Assembly: GCA_973895155.1 (NCBI GenBank)
Contig: OZ316893.1
Coordinates: 2,316,420 to 2,380,419, forward strand
Length of the DNA: 64,000 bases
Reading direction: 5' to 3'
Origin: Marsupella aquatica
Taxonomy: Eukaryota; Plantae; Marchantiophyta
In this document: piece after piece, positions 27,060 to 37,443 of the stretch
Layout of the letters: every line of letters begins with the position of its first letter
Numbering within the stretch: the first letter of the stretch is position 1
Position numbers and translations under genes: made by a program
The notes under the pieces: generated by a model
Told to the model about the DNA's origin: nothing
The model's input: the letters and a program-made list of their open reading frames with translations, nothing else
Database searches by the model: none

Positions 27060-27959
27060 CTAACACTGTAATAACCAATGCCGTCATTTTTTGCCTTTCG
27101 TCCATTTACAAAATGAGCTGAGGGTGGGAGTCATCCATGGCCATTGGAGTTTTTTATGTCTTTTAAGGGTCGTTCATTGGTTTGTCTGCCTTGCCTTCAA
27201 ATAATCTTATTACTTGCCTTGAGTCTATGGTGGTGGATGGAGTACGTGTGAAATCATTGATTCATGCAATTTACCCATCTCTTGCTACTGTGGACGACAG
27301 GTTCCCCTGGGCCCCCAACATTATTAATAATGGGCTGGACGTGCGAACGGATGAAGGATGCAAAAAATCTGATTTGAGATTAATTTTTATAATTGGCTTA
27401 GAAATATCAAGGGATGGTTTTATTCAAAGAACCCTTTCTAACTAATATAGGCTTATATAAATGTCGCCCAAATTAATATGCTTCAAGAGGTGATGTAATA
27501 TGGATGTGACACGCGTCACAATAGGATTGGTCCTTGTGGCCACCCTTTATTGGAACATGTGTATATGACATATAATTATGATTGCAACATCTATGATTCA
27601 GAGTAGTTTAGGACTTTGGAGCTTTTGAACCCTGACTACCCTGCCCTGTGGTTCAGAAATGCCCCAAAGTTTAAGTTTGGGTTAAAGGGTCACGAACACA
27701 AAAATGTATGTACCCAAAACCCTTCCAAAACACTCCCTTCAGTTTTAGAACCGTTTGCACATGATGAATTTATAACTTTTCAAGGCTTTCATAAATGGTG
27801 TAAAATGTGAAATTATAATATCTCAAAGGGGCAGATTTATTCTCCAAAATTAGGTTTTTAAGAATAACAAGAGAAATTTTTATAGACTTCCAAAAATAAT
27901 AAGGGGTACTAGGGAGGGGGGTGTACGCACGTATACCTCTTTAGTTTACAAAGGTTGGG

Positions 27960-28620
27960 GCCCAAGGACAGGTTCTTAAGTGAAAGAGCTACCCTGGCGC
28001 TGACAAATGACGAGGCACTAAAAATTAATGAAGTCCTCAGATATCTTAGAAAGACTTCCTGGTGAATCTAGGGGGTTTTTTAGCGTTGATCGTCCGGATC
28101 AGCTCGAAGGGGAGAATTTTTACCCTACGGAGTTCTTGAATACACTCACGCCGAGTGGTGTGCCGCCTCATAAGTTGGTAGTGAAGGTTGGATGCCCTGT
28201 CATTTTACTTTGGATTATAGATCACTCTTTGGGGTTGTGTAATGGTACTCACCTAATTGTGAGAGCAATGAATCGTCGTGTCATTGAGGCACGAGTTCTT
28301 GCAGGAAAGCATGCAAGGACCCTTACATTTATCCCACAGATTCCGTTGACATCTGACAAATCACTTCCTTTTTTATTACGTAGGGTCCAAATTCCCATTC
28401 AAGTGACATATGCAATGACCATAGACAAGGTTCAAGGTCAGACTTTAGATCATGTAGGGTCAAAACTTTCAAAATCTGTATTTAGTCACAGACAGTTGTG
28501 TGTAGCATTTTCAAGGGCAACATCTTCTACAACTATCAAGGTTTTCCTTTCGGATTCCAAGGAGGGTCACTGAAGCAAGGTTGACAAAAAATGTTGTATA
28601 TGATGAGGTTCTTTATTGAA
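27960..28620 (+). pseudogene. PIF1-family helicase C-terminal fragment (Helitron RepHel)
   Basis: YPTEFLNTLTPSGVPPHKLVVKVGCPVILL...GLCNGT...YAMTIDKVQGQTL...VFSHRQLCVAFSR are typical Helitron helicase motifs. No Rep domain is present. Confidence 0.92.
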
Positions 28621-28702
28621 CGCGTGAATAAAGATTGTATCACTTTGGTATTAATCTGTTTGACTTTTTGCTTGAATTATATGTTTGCAATGCATAACCA
28701 TG

Positions 28703-28985
28703 TTTGCCTCACCTCAAAATCTTACCCTCATCTCGACATCTTGACCTCACCTCGACATCTTGCCCTTTCCTCAACATTTTACCATCATCTTCACATCTTG
28801 CCCTCACCTCGACATCTTGTGCTCACCTTAACATCTTGCCCTCACCTCAACATCTTGCCCTCACCTCAACATCTTGCCCTCACCTCGACATCTTACCATC
28901 ACCTCGACATCTTGCCCTCACCTCGACATCTTGCCGTCTCCTCAAAATCTTGCCCTCACCTTTACATCTTGTCCTCACTCGAAGT
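28703..28985 (+). repeat. 19-bp minisatellite (ACATCTTGCCCTCACCTCG)n, about 14-15 units
   Basis: Direct tandem units just inside the Helitron 3' end. Confidence 0.93.
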
Positions 28986-30236
28986 CTTTCGTGCAACGCA
29001 CGGGCATGGGGCTAGTGTAATCATAAAATCTGCATTTTTTGGTGCATTTACAAAGGAAATCTGTGGAATATGTGGGGACTACACGGCTGGCCTGCATTTA
29101 ACCACCATGCAGTTATCCAGGCTGCACATAGGCAAAGTGGCCACTAGTTCATGTTTGTGTCATTGATTTGAAATTTGTAAATTATTACCCATAACTAACT
29201 TGCGGACCTACTGATGCACCTGAATTCCCTTGTAGCAACATCGGCGACAAATGGTGGCGAGGTTTTGGGAGGCCAGCAACCTTGGCAACAAAAGGGTGCT
29301 CAAGAGGCTAGGGACCTCGCTAGGACCCTCACTAAGAAAGGGTGCCTGAGACACTTGGTGATATTTCACTTTATAAGTTTCAGGACATTTATAGAGAAGA
29401 ATACATGAACTCATTGGTCTACTCTAGTTCTACTAAAACTAGTAAACATTAAACCCTCTTAGGCTTTCTAAGAGTACATGTACTCTTACCAGAGAATTAT
29501 GGACAACACATTAAGAGTTTCTCAAAACTCAAGTAAAATTATGGACAATAATAGTACATATCCTTACTAGAGAATTATGGACAATAATAGCCTCTCAAAA
29601 CTCAAATATTTACTTATAAAATGCCTCTAGAAATTCAAGCAAAATTATGGACAATAATAACTCCTCAAATATTTATTTATAACAACACTGCAATGTAAGA
29701 CAGTACTTATACACAAATTCACACTGCTAAATTATGGACAATAATAGCCCATCAAAGCTCAAATATTTATTTATAGCAACGATGCCATGTACGACAGTAA
29801 AGCTGACTTTACTTATACAAATTTACACTGAATTTCAGGAGGACTCACTTTCCTTTACACATAAATTCACACTGAATGTCAGGAGGGCTGTACAGGACTC
29901 CCTAAAACTTGGCAAAAATTAGTGCATCTTACAAACCTCCTCATCTTTACATCTAAGCACTTGTGCTGATGCCAGGAAGCAAACTCTTCACGAGTAGGCT
30001 GTCAAGACATTTGAGATAGGAAGCAATGAAATTCTCAAATCTCATTTGAGATTGAGAATTGAGAATGGTCTGCAATGGAATTCAGGAGACCATCCATCGC
30101 TAGACTAAGAAATTCCTCAAGACATTGAGATGGAAAGCTCTGTGCAGTCTGCAAAGAAATTCAAGAGACCATCCATCGCTACACTAAGAAATTCAAGAGA
30201 CCATCCATCGCTAGACTAAGAAATTCATGAGTCCAC

Positions 30237-31718
30237 CTATCGCTCCTGTAAAGACGCAACAAGGGGGTACTTCATGGGAGCAGTGAGCCCAGCATCAGGG
30301 GAAAGGTCCAGAAGCTGGCCAGGGGTGACAGGATTCCACTGGAATGCTTGAATCAGACGAGCCAGGATCAATTCTGCATGCAGAAAAGCGATGTTGGCAG
30401 CTGGGCAGTTTCGACGACCCACTCCGAATGGTATCATGGTGATTTCGGTGGAGCCAGTGATATCCACTGTCTTGTTGAGAAAGCGCTCGGGCCTGAACTC
30501 CAGAGGATCCTCCCAGAGTTCAGAGCTCAAGGCCACAGCCTCCAGATGCTGCAAAACGATTGTGTCCACTGGTATGTCGTAGCCTGCAACCTTGGTAGCG
30601 GACAACGCCCTCCGAGATGGTGCCAATCGCGCTGGACTATGCCTCCGTAGAACCTCTTTGACCACCGCTCGTAAGTAAGGGAGCTGAGGTATGTCATCCT
30701 CATTCACAACCCTCTCGCCCACAACGGCAGAAATCTCTTGAGCTAACTTCTCCTGTATCTCCGGATGGTTGATGAGATTGGCGATGCAGTACTCCAAATT
30801 TAGTGCGGTGGTGTCTGTCCCGGCATTGAGAATTTCCATACATATCAGTACCACATCTGAATCCAAAATTTCTACTGGACTTGGGATCTCGCCCTCTTGC
30901 AGCCCCAGTAGGGTATCCACAAGTGTGCCTTGACCGGTGTTCCCGGACTTGAGGACTTGCTTCCTCTCCTCAATCAGCGGCTCTACGATTCGAGAGATAT
31001 CCCTTCGCAATTCCAGCATGAAGTCGGCCCCTGTCCTCTTCGGAAGCCATGCTAGCAACGGTATGAAGTCACTCGGTCCACCCACCGCTGTTTGGAAGCG
31101 CTTGACCATCACCTCGTCCAGGTCCACGTACTCCTCCGCAGTCAATCTCCTCCCGAAGAGATTGCCTACAATCAAATTGCAGACTGTCAAACGGATTAGT
31201 TCACGAAAAATCGACACAATTCCTCTGTTTTCCCGAAGTTGCTTCTTCAACCTCTCGACCAGGAAGTCTACTTCTTGCTCACGGATGGGTCTGAATTCCG
31301 CCAATCTCTTGTTGCTCAGAAAGCCGGAGACCATTAGCTTCCGGACGAACCGGTGACGCTCCCCTTCGAGTATTCTGTAGCCGTCTGTCAAAATGCGGAA
31401 GGACTCGCTTCGTTTGCGTGCGTTGAAAATGCTCCCCTGCGAGATCATGGCTTCCTGGATGATTTCCGGCCCCGATATGATGACCACAGGCGTGGAGCCC
31501 ATCCAGATACTCACTATAGGACCGTATTGGCGCTTCATTTCGTTGGCGAAGTCGTTTAAAGATGGATACTTCCTAATCAACAGCAAATTGCCCACAATCG
31601 GCAGCGGCCGTGGCCCAGGAGGCAATTTCGGGGCCGGTGGTAGCAAAAAGCTCCGCAACAACAATAACAAGAGAGGTAGGAAACCCACGATGAGAGCTGT
31701 TGTCATCGTTATCCCCAT
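30237..31718 (-). CDS. Cytochrome P450, CYP77/CYP89-like, intronless, 493 aa (copy 2)
   Basis: Same motifs as copy 1 but with an intact PERF. Four amino-acid differences from copy 1 (M/V, G/K, T/A, S/F). Confidence 0.95.
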   Translation of the reverse strand: MGITMTTALIVGFLPLLLLLLRSFLLPPAPKLPPGPRPLPIVGNLLLIRKYPSLNDFANEMKRQYGPIVSIWMGSTPVVIISGPEIIQEAMISQGSIFNARKRSESFRILTDGYRILEGERHRFVRKLMVSGFLSNKRLAEFRPIREQEVDFLVERLKKQLRENRGIVSIFRELIRLTVCNLIVGNLFGRRLTAEEYVDLDEVMVKRFQTAVGGPSDFIPLLAWLPKRTGADFMLELRRDISRIVEPLIEERKQVLKSGNTGQGTLVDTLLGLQEGEIPSPVEILDSDVVLICMEILNAGTDTTALNLEYCIANLINHPEIQEKLAQEISAVVGERVVNEDDIPQLPYLRAVVKEVLRRHSPARLAPSRRALSATKVAGYDIPVDTIVLQHLEAVALSSELWEDPLEFRPERFLNKTVDITGSTEITMIPFGVGRRNCPAANIAFLHAELILARLIQAFQWNPVTPGQLLDLSPDAGLTAPMKYPLVASLQER

Positions 31719-32882
31719 CCTGATGGACCTCCAAGAGCGTGAATCTTTTTCCAATGTTCCCTTCGAGCTTTGAATCAAGGGTTTCGCTCCACTACAGTTG
31801 CAAAGACAAACAAGCTACGGCATAGGTCTGCGCTCGGGCGATCAAGCTGGATCTATTGGGAAACCTCTACTCTCATGAAAGTCTTGCAATCTGAACAGAA
31901 TTTCCGGATAAAACTTTCAGCTCAGCTGACACCTTTGTCGATGGAGCTAATGACTCTTGAGAGACTTGGCTCAGCACTCCAAAGGTCCCTTCAAGCTTTG
32001 GGTCAAGGGTTTGGCTCCACTACAGTTGCAAAACAAGCAGGCTGTGGAATAGGCCCGCACTCGGGCGATCAAGCTGCATCCAGATGGGAAACCTCTACTA
32101 TACATGAAAGTATTTGCAATCTGAATGGAGTTTCCCGATACATCTTTCAGCTCAGCTCATACCTTTGTCGATGGAACCGATGACTCTTTACAGACTTGGC
32201 TCAGCATTCCAAAGGTTCTTTCAAAGGTCCCTTCAAGCTTTGGGTCCAGGGTTTGGCTCCACTACAGTAGCAAAAACAAACAGGCTAGGGAATTGTTCTG
32301 CACTATAGCGATCAAGCTGCATCCACATGGGAAACCTCTACTGTAAATGAAAGTCTTGCAATCTGAATGGAGTTCAGGTTCAGCTTATACCTTTGTCGAT
32401 GGAGCTGATGGCTCTTTACAGACCTGCAACGCTGAGCCATTGTGGACACTCCGATCTGTGAATCTACTTTTCCAGGGTCACTCCAATTTAAAATGTTTTT
32501 CTTGGTTGAGTAGCTGCAGGAGGTTAGATATAATAGTGGCAAAGGAAAAACATATGTACAGTGGTCATACTTTACCCCAAACAAAGGACCCTCAAGCCGC
32601 CTCAGACTCTCAGAGGCGTGCCCTAGAGAACGTTCCTGTTACAGGCGTGCCCCCCTAGAGTATATTCCTGGCACTCTTGGAAATTTAGTTACCGTGCTCG
32701 TGCCACCCCTAGAGTATATTCCTGTCACTCTTGCAAATTTAGTTACAATAATTAATGTGGGTGTGTATCATTAGCTTTTGTCACATTTGCTTTAGCTCTA
32801 GACCTCTAGAACAATTCACTAGCAAGTGATAACAATTTTCCCCTTTTCTTTTCTTCTTTCTTTTTGATTTTTTGGTTGCATT

Positions 32883-34304
32883 TGTTAGATATTGTTCTAG
32901 TCTTGTGATTCATGAGCTAACCATAGTTAGTCTAACTTAGGTTAGGGTTTAGCTAATATTAACAGTAGTGTTGTTGTGCATATAGCCAAGGTTGATGCCA
33001 GGCCCCGGTGGAACTTAGGCTCATTGTTACAGAGCTAGTTGAGAGATAGGGAAAGTTTGTGCTGTGGATGCTTGGTATGGCCGGTCGGCCTAGAGTGCAG
33101 TAAAGCTCTTGTGTGTTCCCGTGGACGTAGCCTCATGTGGAGGTGAACCACGTATCTCTCTGTGTGGACTCTTGTGCGTTGGATGGTTCATGGGCTTGCC
33201 GTTACGAATGCCGTCTATGTTCAACAAGTGGTATCAGAGCCTATTTTTGGCTCTTTTCTCCTCCTCTTCGCTTCCTCTTGTTTTACTTGGTGCTGGGACC
33301 TGCCGCCCTCCGTTTTCACCGCTCCGACAGGGGGAACGGCCCCCTGTGAGACCTGTCGAACTGTGCGGGAATATTCCCAAAAAACAGAGAGTTTTTTTTG
33401 GCCGTTCGACAAAGATTCCGTCCGCTGAACGGTAACTTTTTTGGTGCTTTTTTGGCGAGGACGTTGCCACTGGAGTTAGCAACGCAGCGCACGGATCACA
33501 TCGCGATTTTGACGACGGGTTGTACTTGGTATTTCGGTTATTCCCTGAGGTGGTCAAAACGGAGGAGTTTCCCAAGGTTTTACACACCCCGACCAAAATT
33601 TAAATAACTTTTCCGTTGAATTTTGATTTTGATTTTGACTTTCAGTTTTGGACTCCTAGCTTCGTGGGCTACACGGCGGTGTTGAGTTTTGAGTTTTGTG
33701 AGAAGTTTTGAGAAAAGATGTTTTTTCGTGATTGTTTCACATGAGTGACTCAGAAGATACTGGAACAATTGGTGGTCGGTGGAGCTTGGGATCGCGACGA
33801 TCAAACGGAGAGTCTGAGGAGGAGCTGCTACCATTTGAGGAAGAACTAGTGTCACCGGTACAATCACCGGTGCGACGTGCAGTGGAGGAAGCTATACTAC
33901 TACCAGAGCTATTGGTAGTTGGAAAGAAGAGGGAGATGGCTAGATTTGGAGGAATGAAGTTTGAGGTAGAGAAGTACGATGGACGTACTGATTACTTGCT
34001 TTGGGAGAAGCAAGTGAAGGGTGTTCTACGGGCCATGGGCTTAGCTCATCTGCTTTCATCGCGAGAGCAATATGATGGAGAGGAGGAGATTTCTGTGAGA
34101 CAATGGAGACAGGAGCAGGTGATTATTGTCAACGCAGTGATGCTATATCTCAAGTCGCACATCATCAAGCAACTGGATGATTATGCGGATTGCGCGTCAC
34201 TGTTCAAGGCTCTAAGAGAGAAGTACTACAGGGAAGATGCGTCAGACCGGCTGTACAAGAAGTCTTGATTAGCCTCAGGCTCAAGGAAGGGAGCAAGATG
34301 CAGG
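32883..34304 (+). mobile_element. Copia element 2, 5' part (5' LTR 32883-33226, PBS, leader, 5' gag)
   Basis: 344-bp LTR TG...CA homologous to rc of 17941-18286. PBS TGGTATCAGAGC at 33229-33240. Gag KFEVEKYDGRTDYLLWEKQVKGVL ends at ...GSKMQ. Confidence 0.93.
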
Positions 34305-34759
34305 CACTCCCTTTTCTTGACATTCAAGATAGGAAGAACTCTCGATTTGTGAGACTTTCTATTTCTGTTCTTTACGGACCCCCATTAGGGGTCTCTTGCA
34401 AATTCTTTGCCATGAGGTTGCGCCACATCATCACAACCAGCCACAAACAGGAATGATCATACTTTTAACAATAACAAACGTGCACATTCCTGTTTGTGGC
34501 AAAAGCAACGTAAGTTTTGGGGCGCCATGCCGTAAATATTAAACGTAAAAAAACCAAAATACAAAGGAAGATATGTTATTTAGTAAAACAAAGTTACCAT
34601 TTTGATGTTTGTCAAAGATATATTAGTGTTTTATATCAAAATGCTTGTATGTTTTAATTGTTTGCAAGTTTGAAAAACTCAATCGATAAAAATGTACATA
34701 GTTAAAACCCCTTTGGCTTCACATTGTAAAACTAACTAAATAATAAATCTCCTTAGTAC

Positions 34760-35240
34760 TTGATAAAATAGATTTGCCAATGTTTGATTCATTGGAAAAT
34801 TCAAAATCAAGATTTAGAAACTCGTGATCTCGTTAGTAATGTCTTGATAAAATCTCTCAATGTCACTCATTGGAAAGCTAAAGTAAAATTAAAAACTCAT
34901 CATCTCTTTAGTACTTGACAAAATCTATCAATGTTAGGTTCATTGGAAAGCTAGAGAAATTTAGATACTCATGATCTCTCTATTTCTTGACAAATAATCT
35001 CAATGTCACACATTAGAAAGCTAAAGAGATTGAAAACCTCCTGATCTCTTGAATACCGTGACAAAATCTGACATGAATTTGTCAATGTCGGACTCAATGT
35101 TAGAAAGCTAAGAGAATTCATGAACTCATGATCAAAATTTCTTATACTCACACTCATTGGAAAGACACAAAAATTCAAAAACTCATATGAAACTTGACAA
35201 AATTTGTCAATTTGAGGCTCATTGGAAACCATTTCTCGAT
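34760..35240. repeat. Degenerate ~60-80-bp tandem repeat
   Basis: Recurring TTGACAAAAT...CAATGT...CATTGGAAAGCTAA...AAACTCATGATCTC, about 7 units. Confidence 0.75.
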
Positions 35241-37443
35241 TAAGAGATATCACAATCTCGTCACCGTCACAAACTTAGCCGCTACAAATTGATTTCTTTG
35301 ATTACATTGAGCCTTGTCCACAATGCTTGCTTCCCGGCTTGAATTGTTCGCATCTCTTAGATAGTCTTCAACTAAAGCTCACTCTAAACACAAGTTGACG
35401 CTAAATGCAGCCTCTATGTCAAAGAAACAATTGTTGGTGTTCCCATCACACCATAGCTTTCTTAAATAAAAATAATTATAAATCTTTTGTTCTAAGTGAT
35501 GGCTCGTTCATTTTGTGTGTTCTTCCCACCGAATCGACAAACGCTCTTTTGCCAACAGGTGAGTGTTGTGCTCCAGTCTGTCTTGTGGCGGTAATGCTCA
35601 ATGTAACTCACAAATAATCAATCAAGAATGGTTGAAAGATGATTTCTCCAATGTGTAAGCAAAACCTATAAGAAAATTCAATTCCTCCACATTCAACCTT
35701 CCGTTTGATAAATCTCTATCTTTTGAGCATTTGTTTTTGTACGAGCACACACCAACACCATCGGGAGACTCAAAACCATTGGTTACCGCCTTGATGAAAA
35801 TTGATTTCACTTAATCATACACATTCCTTGGATGAACATGTGACTCCACTGATTAATTCATTGTGAACCCTTAAATAAATGTAAAAAATATTCAGATAGC
35901 CAGGCAAAATAATAATTATAATATGACAGCAAAACAAAATAATAAATTATATCAAAGATTACAAAATTTGATTTTAACTTCTTTCATGTCTTTGGCCAAT
36001 TGCATAGCAAACACTCCTTGCATGGCCCTTGAACTTGGATTTTCTATTTCAAAGATTCACTTTTTCTTGTGTCTTACCAAAAAATCACTCAAGTTTTTAA
36101 GTTAAAACTTGGGCCGCCCTCGTGTTGCATGACATTATATATCAGAGTGCCCCCTAACGAGGACATTATCCTATTCAAATGAGGAGGTCCTGTAAACCTT
36201 GTATAGAAGAAGGAAATCATTTCACTAAATTTGGTGTTGGCCAAACACTTCCAAATTGAGTGGGCGTTTGGAACAATTATGGCACTTGATCTATATCCCA
36301 GCGGTAAAAGCTATCAATAGCCGTTCTATCACACATGACTCATCCCTCCAGAATCACGCAAATTCGTTCTACTTTCGTCACTATCATAACAGAGATTCAC
36401 TCTGAGGACTCGATGAATGTCGAGGACTACCAGAATTATCATTCTGCGAAGCAGTAGAGCTCCGATTATGATGTCGTCCTCGTCTGTGAGAAAGTGAAGC
36501 CTCTGCAAATGTAGTAGAAGCTATCTTAATGCTGTGGCTCTCACTGTGCTGTGGCTGTCTACACTGCAGCCTCAAGATTCAGCGCTGAGACCCACGAATT
36601 ACGTACTTAGAACCTATTGTGCAGATTTCACTAAGAAATAGGCGTTCGAATCAAGTCAATGCACTGCACTGATTTGCAGAGCAGCATCGCTACTCGCTGC
36701 CCCTCTGGACAGGAAAATACTCTGATACGGATCTCAATAGCTCCGTAGTAAGCGTTATTTGGATTCTTTCTATTGCTCAACTCCTTCAAGATGAACCAAG
36801 CAGACGGACGGATTGACCCCAAGAGGTCACCTCGTGGGAAACTGCGAATTGGGAATTGGAATGATCCCACATGTCCAGCAAGTTGCGCGTTGTGTTACGT
36901 GACGGGAGCTAATACTGAGGTTCGCGTCGACCTTTCATGTTGGCGTTCGGTCAGCTTCAGCTAATTGAGTCACCTTGTAATATGTACGTTCCCGAAACGT
37001 CGACCCGAAACGAATGTGTAGTATGTAGTGTACAAGGTAGTCATTCGGACTTTCACTGCGGAGCGGAATAGATACTTCAGAAGAAGAATCCTTCCTTCGC
37101 GAACCTGGGCATGAGCCTTGCCTTTGCACTGAAAAACCGAAGGTTTACCCTGTGCACTACACACGTAATAAGTCTCTGACCCTGTCGATTGTCACAAGAG
37201 ACATCCTCACATTAATTGCGGGTGTATTCGATTCTTCGTAGCTAGGACTCCAGTTTTCGCACCATATATACGAATTGCTTCTGACAGAAGTGTCCGCTGT
37301 AGATCTCGAATTGCAGCCATTCAAGCTGAGGGACGCAATCAATCTCGATCCACTTCGGCTCGGCTCCTTGTTGGTCAAATATGTAGCTCGAGGAAGATGT
37401 CACTAGTGAAGTAATAAAGCTCGATATTATTTTGAGTGACCAT

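Larger units (their letters stand above)
25005..29015 (+). mobile_element. Non-autonomous Helitron
   Basis: 5' A|TC at 25004/25005. 3' hairpin CGTGC-AAC-GCACG (28990-29002) followed by CTAG|T (29012-29016). No TSD. PIF1-helicase C-terminal fragment inside. The flanks join into the sequence that is continuous at ~12760-12790 in copy A. Confidence 0.9.
23778..32882 (-). repeat. Segmental duplication, copy B (inverted; contains the Helitron and P450 copy 2)
   Basis: Reverse complement of copy A blocks; mirrored ORFs in the track (e.g. 17374-17634 vs 23980-24345, 12800-13267 vs 24771-24980, 11848-12126 vs 29734-29922). Confidence 0.93.

Noticed and set aside
28703-28985. CRISPR-like appearance of short regular repeats (also 11537-11690 and 34760-35240)
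   Set aside because: Units are head-to-tail without unique spacers, there are no cas genes, and the context is eukaryotic.
28591-29166. 191-aa His/Leu/Ser/Pro-rich ORF (and overlapping 28704-29015)
   Set aside because: It is a translation of the 19-bp minisatellite and runs through the Helitron end; not a credible gene.
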